Part shown: positions 1 through 8,784 of the stretch, piece after piece | Layout of the letters: each line of letters begins with the position of its first letter | How positions within the stretch are numbered: position 1 is the first letter of the stretch | From: Candidatus Obscuribacterales bacterium | Lineage (GTDB): Bacteria > Cyanobacteriota > Vampirovibrionia > Obscuribacterales > Obscuribacteraceae | DNA length: 64,000 nucleotides | Assembly (NCBI GenBank): GCA_965229195.1 | Contig: OZ245871.1 | Location: forward strand, 2,720,420-2,784,419 | Direction: 5' to 3' | Program-made: the position numbers and the translations under genes | The notes under the pieces: generated by a model | Database searches by the model: none | What the model was told of the DNA's origin: nothing | The model's input: only the letters and a program-made list of their open reading frames with translations

Positions 1-49
1 CCCTGGAGACGTACAGATTGTCAGCGCACCCGTCGCTGCCGCTCCTGCT

Positions 50-1705
50 GTGATGGACGCAGCGCCATTCGATAAATCGAAATCGGTCAGCCAGTTGATT
101 CAAGACGGTTCGATTCGCCGTTCTGAAGCTCCTAGCCCAACCCCTGAAGTAGCCAAGCCAGGCGCCCAGGCTGGTGTCACTGTCACCTATGCAGATGCGG
201 CAGCTAACGACCCGACTAAGGTTCCCGATTTCATCATTAAGAAGGATGGCACGATTGAGGCCACCGGAGATTTTGAAGCATTGCAGCGCAAAAACGTTGT
301 GGTGCAGGTAGAGCGTACCCCTGGTGATACTTCTGACCCTAACGATGCTCAGAAAAACGCTATCGATAAAGTTGTTAGCTACGCTTATGACCGCCTTGGT
401 GCTGACCCAACTGTGGCCCAGAATGGTCTGAAGCTCAATGACGAGTTTGGTTTGATTTCAGAAAACTTGGTGAAGAAGCTGGCCACCAATGGTGACCCAG
501 GTGTAGAGCCAAGCATCGCTGATTCTCGCAGAGACTTCTCGCCTGAAAGTCAGCGCGCCATGTCTAACATGAGCCGTATGACTCCTGGTTCGCAAGGAAG
601 TATGTCGCGGGGCGATGTAGAGCGCCAATTCCCACCACGGGATGTGCCTACGCTGCCTGGTGAAACAGATAAAGTTCAAGATACAAAGAACGCTGTAGCT
701 GGGATGTTCAATCCTGATAAAGCTGCACCGTATGAAACTGTGCGGGTTCGCAACAATAACTATGAAGTCGGCCGTTATGGCATGAACTATCCAGTCATGC
801 GTGACTACTTCTATGGTTTGGGCGGCTTTAACCTTGATGAGATGGATGAAGATGGCTTCATTGCCATGCTCGGTAAGCTCGACAAAGACGGCAAGCTACC
901 TAAGTCGTTCAAAAAATTCAAGAAGAAAGATGGCTCCTTTGATAAAGAAGCTGTCGGCAAATTCCTGAAGTTCGCAAAAGGCATGAAGGAAGGCCATAAA
1001 GAAGGCCAACCAGAGGGCGTTACAGCAGCTGATGTTAAAGCCAACTTGCCTAAAGAAATGCAAGAAGAAATGGCCATGAGCCTGGTTGAGAAATATAACA
1101 AGGCTGGTGGAGATAGCGCTGGTAAGACAGCCTTGGCCTTCCACTTGGGCAAAGGACCAGATCAATTCACTCAAACAGACCTGAGCGACAAAGGCAATCA
1201 AGAGTACATGCGCTCTGCTGATCGCTTGGCTCAGTTGTCTGGCGCTCGTCATGGCATGGGTGAGAACGATCGCCTCGATTACAAAATCAGTACTGACGGC
1301 ACGTCGATGGACGCTAAGATCGTCAATCGCGCCTTCCGCCACGCTAGCGCAGTGGGCACCACTGGCTGGTGTGCTAAAGAGTTCCAAATTGCTTGGGCTA
1401 ATACCGCACCTGAACTTGTTGGTTCGGGCGATGGTGTGCAGATGACTAGAGCCTTCCAGCGTAGTGATAAGTTCCAACAAGTTGATTGGCAGACTGCTCA
1501 AGAAGCTATGCGCGGTGGTAAAGCGGTTGCTGTCACTAGAACTTGGGACCCTTCAGTGGGCGACACTTCTCGCGGTGGTCACGTAGCTACATTGGCTATG
1601 CAGAACGGCCGCATTATGGAAGCCAGCGATCACGTTACTCAGTTCAACAAGAACAACGGTCGCTACCAAACTAACAAAGACAAGTTCTTCGTCTATACCG
1701 GTTAG
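50..1705 (+). CDS. Hypothetical protein, possibly 5'-partial. The frame is open back to window position 2. The C-terminal region has Cys/His motifs reminiscent of a CHAP/NlpC-P60-like amidase (GWCAKEF…GGHVATLAM).
   Basis: 551-codon ORF with protein-like composition. A plus-strand stem-loop plus T-run terminator follows at 1730-1760. The domain call rests on motif resemblance only. Confidence 0.5.
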   Translation: MMDAAPFDKSKSVSQLIQDGSIRRSEAPSPTPEVAKPGAQAGVTVTYADAAANDPTKVPDFIIKKDGTIEATGDFEALQRKNVVVQVERTPGDTSDPNDAQKNAIDKVVSYAYDRLGADPTVAQNGLKLNDEFGLISENLVKKLATNGDPGVEPSIADSRRDFSPESQRAMSNMSRMTPGSQGSMSRGDVERQFPPRDVPTLPGETDKVQDTKNAVAGMFNPDKAAPYETVRVRNNNYEVGRYGMNYPVMRDYFYGLGGFNLDEMDEDGFIAMLGKLDKDGKLPKSFKKFKKKDGSFDKEAVGKFLKFAKGMKEGHKEGQPEGVTAADVKANLPKEMQEEMAMSLVEKYNKAGGDSAGKTALAFHLGKGPDQFTQTDLSDKGNQEYMRSADRLAQLSGARHGMGENDRLDYKISTDGTSMDAKIVNRAFRHASAVGTTGWCAKEFQIAWANTAPELVGSGDGVQMTRAFQRSDKFQQVDWQTAQEAMRGGKAVAVTRTWDPSVGDTSRGGHVATLAMQNGRIMEASDHVTQFNKNNGRYQTNKDKFFVYTG

Positions 1706-1729
1706 ATTCTGGATTAGCGTAAGCTGCAC

Positions 1730-1760
1730 CCAGGGCTTGAATAAGCCCTGGTTTGGTTTG
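1730..1760 (+). terminator. Rho-independent terminator: 9-bp perfect stem CCAGGGCTT / AAGCCCTGG, 4-nt loop, then TTTGGTTTG.
   Basis: Perfect inverted repeat followed by a T-rich tract. It lies between the convergent genes 50..1705 (+) and hisS (-). Confidence 0.6.
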
Positions 1761-1774
1761 TCTAAAGCTTTCGC

Positions 1775-3076
1775 TTAAGTCAGATCTTTCACTTCTAGGT
1801 TGTTGACGTCGCCTCTAAACATGCACATCTTGCTTATTTGTTGAGCCGGAAGACTATCGATTTGTTTTTTGACGTCTTTCTTTTTCGCTTGGGTAATCAC
1901 TGAGTATTTTTCGCGCAAGATTGTGGCGGCCTCAGCTACCATGGCTAAATCATCTCTGCCGCTATCGAAAATTAAAGCAATTCTCTCCACCGTGGATGGT
2001 GGCACAAATTGCTTGTCGCTGAGAATGCCAATGATACGTTCGAAGCCAATAGAAAATCCACAAGCCGGAACATCGCGACCAGACATTTTGCCAACCATCT
2101 TGTCGTAACGCCCACCACCAGCGATAGAATAGTTGTAACCAGGATATCTGATTTCAAAAATCGGACCGGTGTAATAACCCATGCCGCGCACCAGGGATGG
2201 TTCAAATTGCACTTTGAATTTATCGTTGGCTGTTTTTGAAACTACCGAAACTATGTTCTTGAGTAGCTTTACTACTTCTTCATCGGCGCTAATTTTTGCG
2301 GCTAAGAAGTTGAGCTGGTCGTCTTCTTTAGCTAGCTCTTCTAAAAGTTGGTTGAGGGCAGCTATAGCGCTTTCTGGATGCCCGTCTTTTGTTAGCTCTT
2401 TGGCGACGCCATCAAGGCCAACTTTGTCTAACTTATCGAGGGCAATAAAGACGTTGTCAAAACGGTCTTCAGCAAAACCGCAGTGCTTGGCAATGCCAGA
2501 GAGCATGCGGCGATCGTTAATCATAATAGAGAAGCCATCAAAGCCAAGTTTGACCAGGGCTTCAGAGGTGGCTTGTAGCAGTTCGATTTCGGCGATTTCG
2601 TTTTTGACACCAAAGATATCAATATCGCATTGAGTAAACTGTCTAAAGCGCCCTTGTTGAGCACTCTCTGCCCGCCATACAGAGCCGATTTGAATAGACT
2701 TGAAGGGATTAGGCAGGTTGTTCTGATTGTGCGAGTAGAAGCGCACCAGAGGCACTGTCAGGTCGAAGCGTAAACCCATGTCGGTCAGTTGAGCCCGATC
2801 AGCTTTGCTATTGTCGGAATGAGCTTGGCTCAGTACTTTATCGAGCTTCTCGCCGCGCTTTAGTACTTCAAAAATTAGCTGTAGATTCTCTCCGCCTTCG
2901 CCACGCTTCAACAGTTGGATGTTTTCTAAGCAAGGTGTTTCAATTTTAGTGAAGCCAAAGCGCTCATAGGTAGCAGTGATTATTTGCGTGGCCCAGTCGC
3001 GTAGACGTACTTCGGCCGGGGCGAAGTCACGCATGCCGCTGAGTGGGGCTGAGCTAATTTGAGTGTCGGTGGCCAT
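1775..3076 (-). CDS. hisS: Histidine--tRNA ligase (class II aaRS).
   Basis: 433 aa. The N-terminus is MATDTQ…LSGMRDFAP, the HisRS motif 1 region. Length and conserved blocks (GGRYD, GFSIGFERI) are typical of HisRS. Confidence 0.9.
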   Translation of the reverse strand: MATDTQISSAPLSGMRDFAPAEVRLRDWATQIITATYERFGFTKIETPCLENIQLLKRGEGGENLQLIFEVLKRGEKLDKVLSQAHSDNSKADRAQLTDMGLRFDLTVPLVRFYSHNQNNLPNPFKSIQIGSVWRAESAQQGRFRQFTQCDIDIFGVKNEIAEIELLQATSEALVKLGFDGFSIMINDRRMLSGIAKHCGFAEDRFDNVFIALDKLDKVGLDGVAKELTKDGHPESAIAALNQLLEELAKEDDQLNFLAAKISADEEVVKLLKNIVSVVSKTANDKFKVQFEPSLVRGMGYYTGPIFEIRYPGYNYSIAGGGRYDKMVGKMSGRDVPACGFSIGFERIIGILSDKQFVPPSTVERIALIFDSGRDDLAMVAEAATILREKYSVITQAKKKDVKKQIDSLPAQQISKMCMFRGDVNNLEVKDLT

Positions 3077-3275
3077 GTGGTTCCTTCTTACAGCGAGGGC
3101 TCAAGTCTTGGACTTAGGTGTTGGGTTTAGGGCAGTGTCATGCCATAGAGAAGCAAGCTCTATTGGAGCCGCTCCCTGCGAACGCATACAAGAATACTGC
3201 AAATTCTGATTTTATTTATACTATTCAGCTTAGTAGGATGATGTTTTTAAAAACGTCCAGAGAGAAAACGAGATT

Positions 3276-3309
3276 ACCTAGGATGCCACAATGAAGTAGC
3301 ATCCTAGGT
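3276..3309. promoter_or_regulatory. 11-bp perfect inverted repeat (ACCTAGGATGC…GCATCCTAGGT) with a 12-nt loop, in the hisS upstream region.
   Basis: Seen directly in the sequence. No U-tract follows on either strand, so it is an operator- or attenuator-like hairpin rather than a clean terminator. Confidence 0.3.
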
Positions 3310-3387
3310 ATCTCTTGTCCTCGTTAGAGAGCAGCCAATCGTTATCTAGGCGATTTCAGGCGATTGGCTGGCTCGGGTTGATGGCGC

Positions 3388-3570
3388 TTACCAGAGAGCC
3401 CGTTCGGCCTCGACGCGATGAGCGAAAGTCTTCCGGGCGCGTGGCGCTGGCGAAGATTTGGCGCTCTCGACGAAGAGTGGAGAGGTGCTCGCTTGGTTGT
3501 TTTCGGGAGAAGAGCTCTTCTGCTCTTCGGTTTCCTGTGCGGAGTTGATTTCGTTGGTGTTGCTGGTCAT
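3388..3570 (-). CDS. Small hypothetical protein (~60 aa, Ser/Glu-rich, likely disordered). Start taken at MTSNTNEIN.
   Basis: ATG preceded by AAGGGG about 12 nt upstream on the minus strand. No recognisable domain. Weak call. Confidence 0.25.
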   Translation of the reverse strand: MTSNTNEINSAQETEEQKSSSPENNQASTSPLFVESAKSSPAPRARKTFAHRVEAERALW

Positions 3571-3796
3571 AAGTTGTAAGACCCCTTGATGGTGGTTAAT
3601 TAGTTTGTTTATCCTTGATGGTTGGCGCTCCATCCGAATGAAAAAAGAAGCGCAGTCGAAGCCCGTCCGTTGAAGGAAAAGCCCTGGCTGCGCCTCTTTC
3701 AAAGTTTGTCTCTAGGCCAGTTTTTCTTGCTTTTAAACTAGAGTGCCGATTTTTTGCAGAAAGAGTTCAGCTCAGCTCAGGGCTGAGGATGAACTG

Positions 3797-4432
3797 CTAG
3801 ATGCTGCAAGAGCCGCCGTCGCCGTGGCAGAGGGTCATGCGCGCTTGGCGCAGTTGACCTTCGGCCTGAGCGATTGCAGACTCGGAGAACTTGATCAGCT
3901 CGTCGACGCGAGTGATCTTGCTGTTCAGGTCGATAGGCAGCTCGACGACGACGCGCGGTGCTTCGCAGCTCGTCTGTGCGGGCGGTTGCGGTGTGCCGGC
4001 CTGCAGCTGCTCGAACCACTTGTTCGGGTCAGGTGCCGCGCAGGTTGTGCAGCCAGGCTTGGCCGAGAAGTCGATCAGAGGTGCGTCGTGGTTGACTTCG
4101 GGGATGGGGCCAGAGTGAGCCTTGAGCGGGCTCAGCGCGGCGACATCTTCGAAAGAGACGACGGTGACTTCGAGCTTGATCGATTCACAGCGCAGTGCTT
4201 CGAGTGCCGATTGGTTGACCACCGTGTCTGCCGCTTGCGACAGATTGGTGGCGGTGACGGAGTTGGCGCGAGCACGGCTGACGAGAGCAGTAGCTGCTTC
4301 GTTATTGGCCGAGCCCACTTGCTTTTCCAGCCCGCTGAGCAGAGATTGCAAGTTGACCAACCGCTTTTTCAAGCGCGTCAGTTGTACGGGAGCAGCGTTT
4401 GTCCCTGGGTAGGATTGTTCGCCGGGATACAT
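3797..4432 (-). CDS. Hypothetical protein with an N-terminal coiled-coil and a Cys-containing C-terminus (211 aa).
   Basis: Protein-like composition on the minus strand. The overlapping plus-strand ORF 3743..4657 is Arg/Leu/Ala-rich and looks like antisense noise. The gene lies 4 nt from the upstream Cys-rich gene. Confidence 0.45.
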   Translation of the reverse strand: MYPGEQSYPGTNAAPVQLTRLKKRLVNLQSLLSGLEKQVGSANNEAATALVSRARANSVTATNLSQAADTVVNQSALEALRCESIKLEVTVVSFEDVAALSPLKAHSGPIPEVNHDAPLIDFSAKPGCTTCAAPDPNKWFEQLQAGTPQPPAQTSCEAPRVVVELPIDLNSKITRVDELIKFSESAIAQAEGQLRQARMTLCHGDGGSCSI

Positions 4433-4435
4433 GGT

Positions 4436-4651
4436 TTATTCTTCCTCGGGTTTGTCATCAGCTCTCGGGCAGTAGCCCAGAGGGTTGAGACCTTTTTGCG
4501 TGTTGCAGGAGGTACATTGGCCGTTGAACATGATCTGCTTGTACTTCTTGCAGCATGGACAAGTACCAGTGTCGGGGCCGATCAGGCTATGCCCGCAAAG
4601 GGTTGTCGGCGGCTTGGTGTAGTCCAAGTCGATCAGTGCGTGATTTGTCAT
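4436..4651 (-). CDS. Small Cys-rich protein (71 aa; C-x3-H…CPCC…C-x2-C…C), a possible zinc-ribbon.
   Basis: ORF with AAGG about 13 nt upstream. Nine Cys in 71 aa. Forms a two-gene unit with 3797..4432. Confidence 0.45.
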   Translation of the reverse strand: MTNHALIDLDYTKPPTTLCGHSLIGPDTGTCPCCKKYKQIMFNGQCTSCNTQKGLNPLGYCPRADDKPEEE

Positions 4652-5299
4652 TCGTGAGTTTTTACCTTTACTGGTTGTTGGTCACTGAGGGGGATGATTG
4701 CTGCACGCTAGCGCTAGGGTAAGCACTGGTGGTCAATTATCACCGCCACTGATGGGATGAAGATATCGGTTGAATGTTCGTGGGTTGATGGTTTGGAAAG
4801 TTTGGTTGGAGGTCCGGAGGAAGAGAAGGAAAAATAGCTTTATCAGCCTATGAAACTTCCAGCCCGTGTTTCAAATCCAAGCCCTGGTGCCCGTTACGTA
4901 ATGTTTGCATATAATTCGTGGTGCAAAAGTATATTTTAATTTTCTCTACCGCTTAGGTCTTATTGCGCTAACTCTCGCTGCCATTGGGTTTTCGGACGTA
5001 TGACTGCCGTCGTGATTGCGGCAAATATTTCTTTTTCGCTGATGGAGAACTGATTAAGACAAGCTTAAATCAACGGTCTTGTCTCTTGACGCTAGCGAGC
5101 GCGCGCGAGCTAGCGTATAACACGCCTTCCTCTTGGCAATTTCAAAAGTTATGCGGTATGCGGGTTTTGGGAGTTGAAACTTTTATGAGTTGTAGCCAAT
5201 TTATAGTTCCTTTAGGAACGGGCAGGTTTCAAGGTTTCCAGGGTTTGCTAACTGGATATCTGGGCATAAAGGCTAGAGCTATCAATGGAGAATTCGCAT

Positions 5300-5746
5300 A
5301 TGTCCGACAAGCCGCAAGCCCAAGAGATGCCGGAAACGAAAATTGATAACCGCAATTTACTACATGAAAAGCCCCAGACCCAAGAAGACAAGCTCAGTGC
5401 TTTTACTACTCGCTTAGTCGAAGCAGCGGATCAAAGAGCTGTGATGATGAATAGCAATGGCAGTTCGTGGAAAGCTAACCGCATGGTTTTAGAGGCTGCT
5501 GGTATTGATGCTCCGCGTGTGGCCAGTGCCGCTGCGGTGGAAGACATTCCCGGAATGCAAAAGTTGCCACCTGGTGAGAAACCTAAGCCTGGTGATGTTT
5601 ACACCACTGGTGCAGACGCTAAACATCCTAATGGTTACTCGTTTATTGTCAACGCTGAAGGGCGAGCGGTATCAGACCACATGGCAAGATTCCCTGATTT
5701 GAACCAATACACTGACGTCAAACATTTTCGGAAAGTTGAGTCTTAA
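5300..5746 (+). CDS. Hypothetical protein (148 aa from MSDKPQ).
   Basis: GGAG lies 8 nt upstream of the ATG at 5300. No domain recognised. The 3' end overlaps the convergent MarR gene by about 29 nt. Confidence 0.5.
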   Translation: MSDKPQAQEMPETKIDNRNLLHEKPQTQEDKLSAFTTRLVEAADQRAVMMNSNGSSWKANRMVLEAAGIDAPRVASAAAVEDIPGMQKLPPGEKPKPGDVYTTGADAKHPNGYSFIVNAEGRAVSDHMARFPDLNQYTDVKHFRKVES

Positions 5747-6179
5747 TTAGCTTTGACAGTGCTTCTTTTGTAGTTTTTAGCTCAAGCTCGCTAAGGGGTT
5801 GAAGCAATTTCTTTTGCACCTTTTCAGTAATGCGCTTGGCGTGAGTAAGGGTTTTGCGACCTTTTGGTGTGATTAATAGCTGATATTTGCGGCGGTCGTT
5901 TTCGTCTTTGTGGCGCAGCAGCAGTTCGCGCTCTTCCAATCTATCCACGATATCTACCATTGAGGTGCGGTCAATACCGTTACGTATTGCCAGCTCCTGT
6001 TGGGTTTCGCTAGCTTGATTTTCAATCATCCGCAGAATTACATACTCTTGAAATGATAGGGACAGTGGTTTTAGGCCGTCGGCAACAGCATCACGCATTA
6101 ATCGGGCTGCTTTGTTCAAGAGAAAGCCAAGATTGTCTTTCAAATTATCTGGAATTGGAGCTTCGTTGTCAGCGGCCAT
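5718..6179 (-). CDS. MarR-family transcriptional regulator.
   Basis: Winged-helix MarR pattern (…QEYVILRMIENQASETQQELAIRNGIDRTSMVDIVDRLEERELL…RRKYQLLITPKGR). A GGAGAAG RBS lies 4 nt upstream of the MAADNE start. Confidence 0.85.
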   Translation of the reverse strand: MAADNEAPIPDNLKDNLGFLLNKAARLMRDAVADGLKPLSLSFQEYVILRMIENQASETQQELAIRNGIDRTSMVDIVDRLEERELLLRHKDENDRRKYQLLITPKGRKTLTHAKRITEKVQKKLLQPLSELELKTTKEALSKLIKTQLSENV

Positions 6180-6377
6180 AGTCTTCTCCAGATTCAGCAC
6201 TGCAAATAGTTGGTGAGTTAACTGATCAGTAATTCAAACTAATGCCTACCTAATATATAAGCAGATGGGTGATTGCCGTTAATTATGAGATTGGTTTTAT
6301 CTAAATATGGAATCATTACCTGGGCACCTGCGTCTATTGATGCATGAAGGAAACAAGTGCTTTGAAGGAGCCAAGTG

Positions 6378-6908
6378 ATGAACAAATTTACCCCCCTCGC
6401 ATTATCAGGTTTGCTTTTTTGTGCTCTCCCAGCCATTGCAGATGATTCCGCTTCTACTGGTAGTGCACGCGCTCAAACAGCTGTTCAAGTCTGTGCGCCG
6501 GGTTCGATGCATGAAAAATTGAAAATGACTAGCGAGCAAAAAGACAAACTTAGTTCTATTCGTGATCAGTACAAACTAGCAACCGCCCAGAAGAAAGCCG
6601 AGTTAGAAGTGGCTATGGGCCAACAACGTCAGCTAATGTCAAAAGCTAGTATTGATAAATCGGCCGTGCTGGCGCTGCAAAGCAAGATCAATTCGCTCAG
6701 AGATGATTTGTCCAATGCTCGCATTGATATGGCTTTGACTGCATCAGCGGTGTTCACTCCCGAGCAGCGCGAAATGTTTGCAAAATTCGGACATGGTCGT
6801 GGTCATGGTGGGCCTGGTATGCACAAGTGGGGCGGCCACAGACCGGGTGGTCCGATGGGTGGACCTGGTGGCGGATGGGAGCGCAGAGGTGCGAGCGCAA
6901 ACGGTTAG
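6378..6908 (+). CDS. Spy/CpxP-family periplasmic protein (LTxxQ-type), signal peptide, Gly/Pro-rich C-terminus.
   Basis: Signal peptide MNKFTPLALSGLLFCALPAIA. LTxxQ-like motifs are present (MTSEQ, FTPEQ) with helical repeats typical of CpxP/Spy. GGAG RBS. Confidence 0.7.
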   Translation: MNKFTPLALSGLLFCALPAIADDSASTGSARAQTAVQVCAPGSMHEKLKMTSEQKDKLSSIRDQYKLATAQKKAELEVAMGQQRQLMSKASIDKSAVLALQSKINSLRDDLSNARIDMALTASAVFTPEQREMFAKFGHGRGHGGPGMHKWGGHRPGGPMGGPGGGWERRGASANG

Positions 6909-6970
6909 TTTTTAAAGGGTCGTAGGTTTTTCAAAAGCAGAGGGGCTCACCCTCTGCACAGGAGAGAGTC

Positions 6971-7576
6971 ATGAAGATCAAGGTAGCTAGTTTGTTTGGA
7001 GTTTCCCTGGCACTGGCAGTGATCGCGTTTGCTGCACCAGCTCAAGCCCGAGACAACAATGGTTATGGTAATTATTTGAGTAGTGGAGTTAGCAGTAACT
7101 TCGGTGGTGGAGGCGGTGGTTGTGATCGCGACAACGATGGCGATGGTGGTCATCATCGTCATGGTCAAAGAGCGTTTGGTGGCCAGTTCCAGAATCAATA
7201 TGGTAACCAGAATCAGGTAGGGATTTATCCCAATACTCCCTTTGGTGGTAATACCGCCTATGGTTACAATCAGAATGTTGGTTATAACGGCTTTGGTAAT
7301 AATCAATCGCTTTTGAACCAAGTAACCCAGATTCAGCAACAACTCTCTGTCGGCAACTTGTCTTCTCGTGATCGCAATAAGTTGGTGAATAGGCTAAATA
7401 AATTGCAAGCTCGTTTAGGCAATCAAAACTATGGTTCGAATGGCTACAACAACGGCATTCTCAGCAACTTACGCAATCAGTATTTGAATAACGGCACTCT
7501 CAATAATGGTTTAGGTGTGAATGGCCTGGCTAATGCCGGTTATGTCAATCAAGTGCGCGGCATGCTTGGATTCTAG
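6971..7576 (+). CDS. Secreted low-complexity Gly/Asn/Gln-rich protein (201 aa).
   Basis: Signal peptide with an AQA cleavage site, then GGGGGG and N/Q/G/Y repeats. GGAGAGAG RBS. Confidence 0.65.
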   Translation: MKIKVASLFGVSLALAVIAFAAPAQARDNNGYGNYLSSGVSSNFGGGGGGCDRDNDGDGGHHRHGQRAFGGQFQNQYGNQNQVGIYPNTPFGGNTAYGYNQNVGYNGFGNNQSLLNQVTQIQQQLSVGNLSSRDRNKLVNRLNKLQARLGNQNYGSNGYNNGILSNLRNQYLNNGTLNNGLGVNGLANAGYVNQVRGMLGF

Positions 7577-7609
7577 TAAAGGCGAAGGATTGTACTGCGG
7601 TTTATCTGG

Positions 7610-7645
7610 GTCGACGGAAGCAATTCCGTCGACCTATCGTTTGTA
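7610..7645 (+). terminator. Stem-loop GTCGACGGAA-gcaa-TTCCGTCGAC (10-bp perfect stem) followed by a T-containing tract.
   Basis: Perfect inverted repeat 35 nt after the stop of 6971..7576. Confidence 0.5.
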
Positions 7646-7730
7646 GAAATAGCAACTATGCTTCCCGGCCGGAAAGTGAGAGCTGTAAGGTTTATGTGTT
7701 GAACAGCTTGACTTGGAGCCTGCTTGTTAA

Positions 7731-8579
7731 TCAGAAAGGAAAATCAGACTTGCTATTGCTTTGCTCCATGTCCTTTCTTGCCATGTCAGGCTTGCCCATA
7801 TGTTGGTAAATTTTTGCACGAAGACCGTATCCGTCTGGTTCCTTTGGACGTAGTCGAATCATTCGATTGCAATGAAAAAGGGCGTTGTCATATTCTTTCC
7901 GTGAGTCATAAAGACTTGCCAGATCTCGATTGCTCCAATAATCTCCGGGGTCCATAGCCAGAGCTTTTTTAAAGCATCGAATGGCCCTATCATCAAGCTT
8001 TTGCTGAAAACAGATTTCACCTTGCATACGATAAGCTGAGACAACAGGTCGGACAGCTATTGCCCGGTCCAGCTCTTTCAATGCCTGCTTCCAGTTGCCT
8101 GTCTCAACATGGCACCGAGCCCGTGCTTCATAGACTGATGGATCTATGACAAATCCAGCTTTTTCAGAAGCATCAAGGTCTTTCAATGCTTCCAAAGGCT
8201 TGTCTAAGCGGAGGAGTGAATTGGCGCGAATCCAGTAGGCAGTTCCGGCATAATTGCCGGAGTTAATCACTACCGTGGCTTGGGCCGCCGCTTCTCGATA
8301 ATTTTGAGTGTCGTAACACCGCTTCGCCTGACTTAGAGCAGCGAGGGCTTTGGCTGCCGAAGTGATCTTTGCTGGATCGGCCTTGATCGGAATTTCCTTA
8401 GACGGGCTGGCTTCCGCCGCGCACTGCCAGAGGGCGCTCCACTTGATGATGGGAGCGAAAATAACAATAACAATAAACGCTCGCGCACAGTTGAAGCGCA
8501 GCGTAGTTGGTTGTAGAACTTTCAAAACAAGGCTCCCTGGCCCGATAGGCTTTGGTCGGCTAACTCGCAGCCACGGCAT
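7731..8579 (-). CDS. Tetratricopeptide-repeat (TPR) protein.
   Basis: Repeated 34-aa TPR-like units (…AYWIRANSLLRLDKPLEALKDLD…, …ALFHCNRMIRLRPKEPDGYGLRAKIYQHMGKPDMA…). Confidence 0.7.
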   Translation of the reverse strand: MPWLRVSRPKPIGPGSLVLKVLQPTTLRFNCARAFIVIVIFAPIIKWSALWQCAAEASPSKEIPIKADPAKITSAAKALAALSQAKRCYDTQNYREAAAQATVVINSGNYAGTAYWIRANSLLRLDKPLEALKDLDASEKAGFVIDPSVYEARARCHVETGNWKQALKELDRAIAVRPVVSAYRMQGEICFQQKLDDRAIRCFKKALAMDPGDYWSNRDLASLYDSRKEYDNALFHCNRMIRLRPKEPDGYGLRAKIYQHMGKPDMARKDMEQSNSKSDFPF

Positions 8580-8784
8580 TGCGCAAGCCCTAAGCTGTAT
8601 GTTTAATTACAATGACACCAGATGGCCATAATAACTGACTTTGTTGTACTCAAGGCCCGAAGGAAAGTAATTTTAGAATCGCCAGAGACCGCAAACAAAG
8701 GCCCTCTCACTAGTTTATCAAGGCACACGTAAAATGTAGATAAAATGCCAATTCAGATTTCCTCTAGCAACATGCATCGGTTTC

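Noticed and set aside
3743-4657. 304-codon plus-strand ORF
   Set aside because: Arg/Leu/Ala/Asp-dominated low-complexity translation typical of the antisense of GC-rich genes. The two minus-strand ORFs have better composition and plausible RBSs. Kept only as an alternative in finding 5.
5088-5117. ACGCTAGC-(GAGCGCGCGCGAGC)-GCTAGCGT inverted repeat with alternating GC core in the AT-rich intergenic region
   Set aside because: Short stem with an imperfect core. It sits ~200 nt upstream of the 5300 gene with no clear -35/-10 spacing. Noted only as a possible operator. Not enough support.
4984-5346. 120-codon ORF and the 65-codon ORF at 5505-5702
   Set aside because: They lie in or overlap intergenic/AT-rich sequence, have no RBS and have odd composition. 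The 5300-5746 ORF with a GGAG RBS is preferred.
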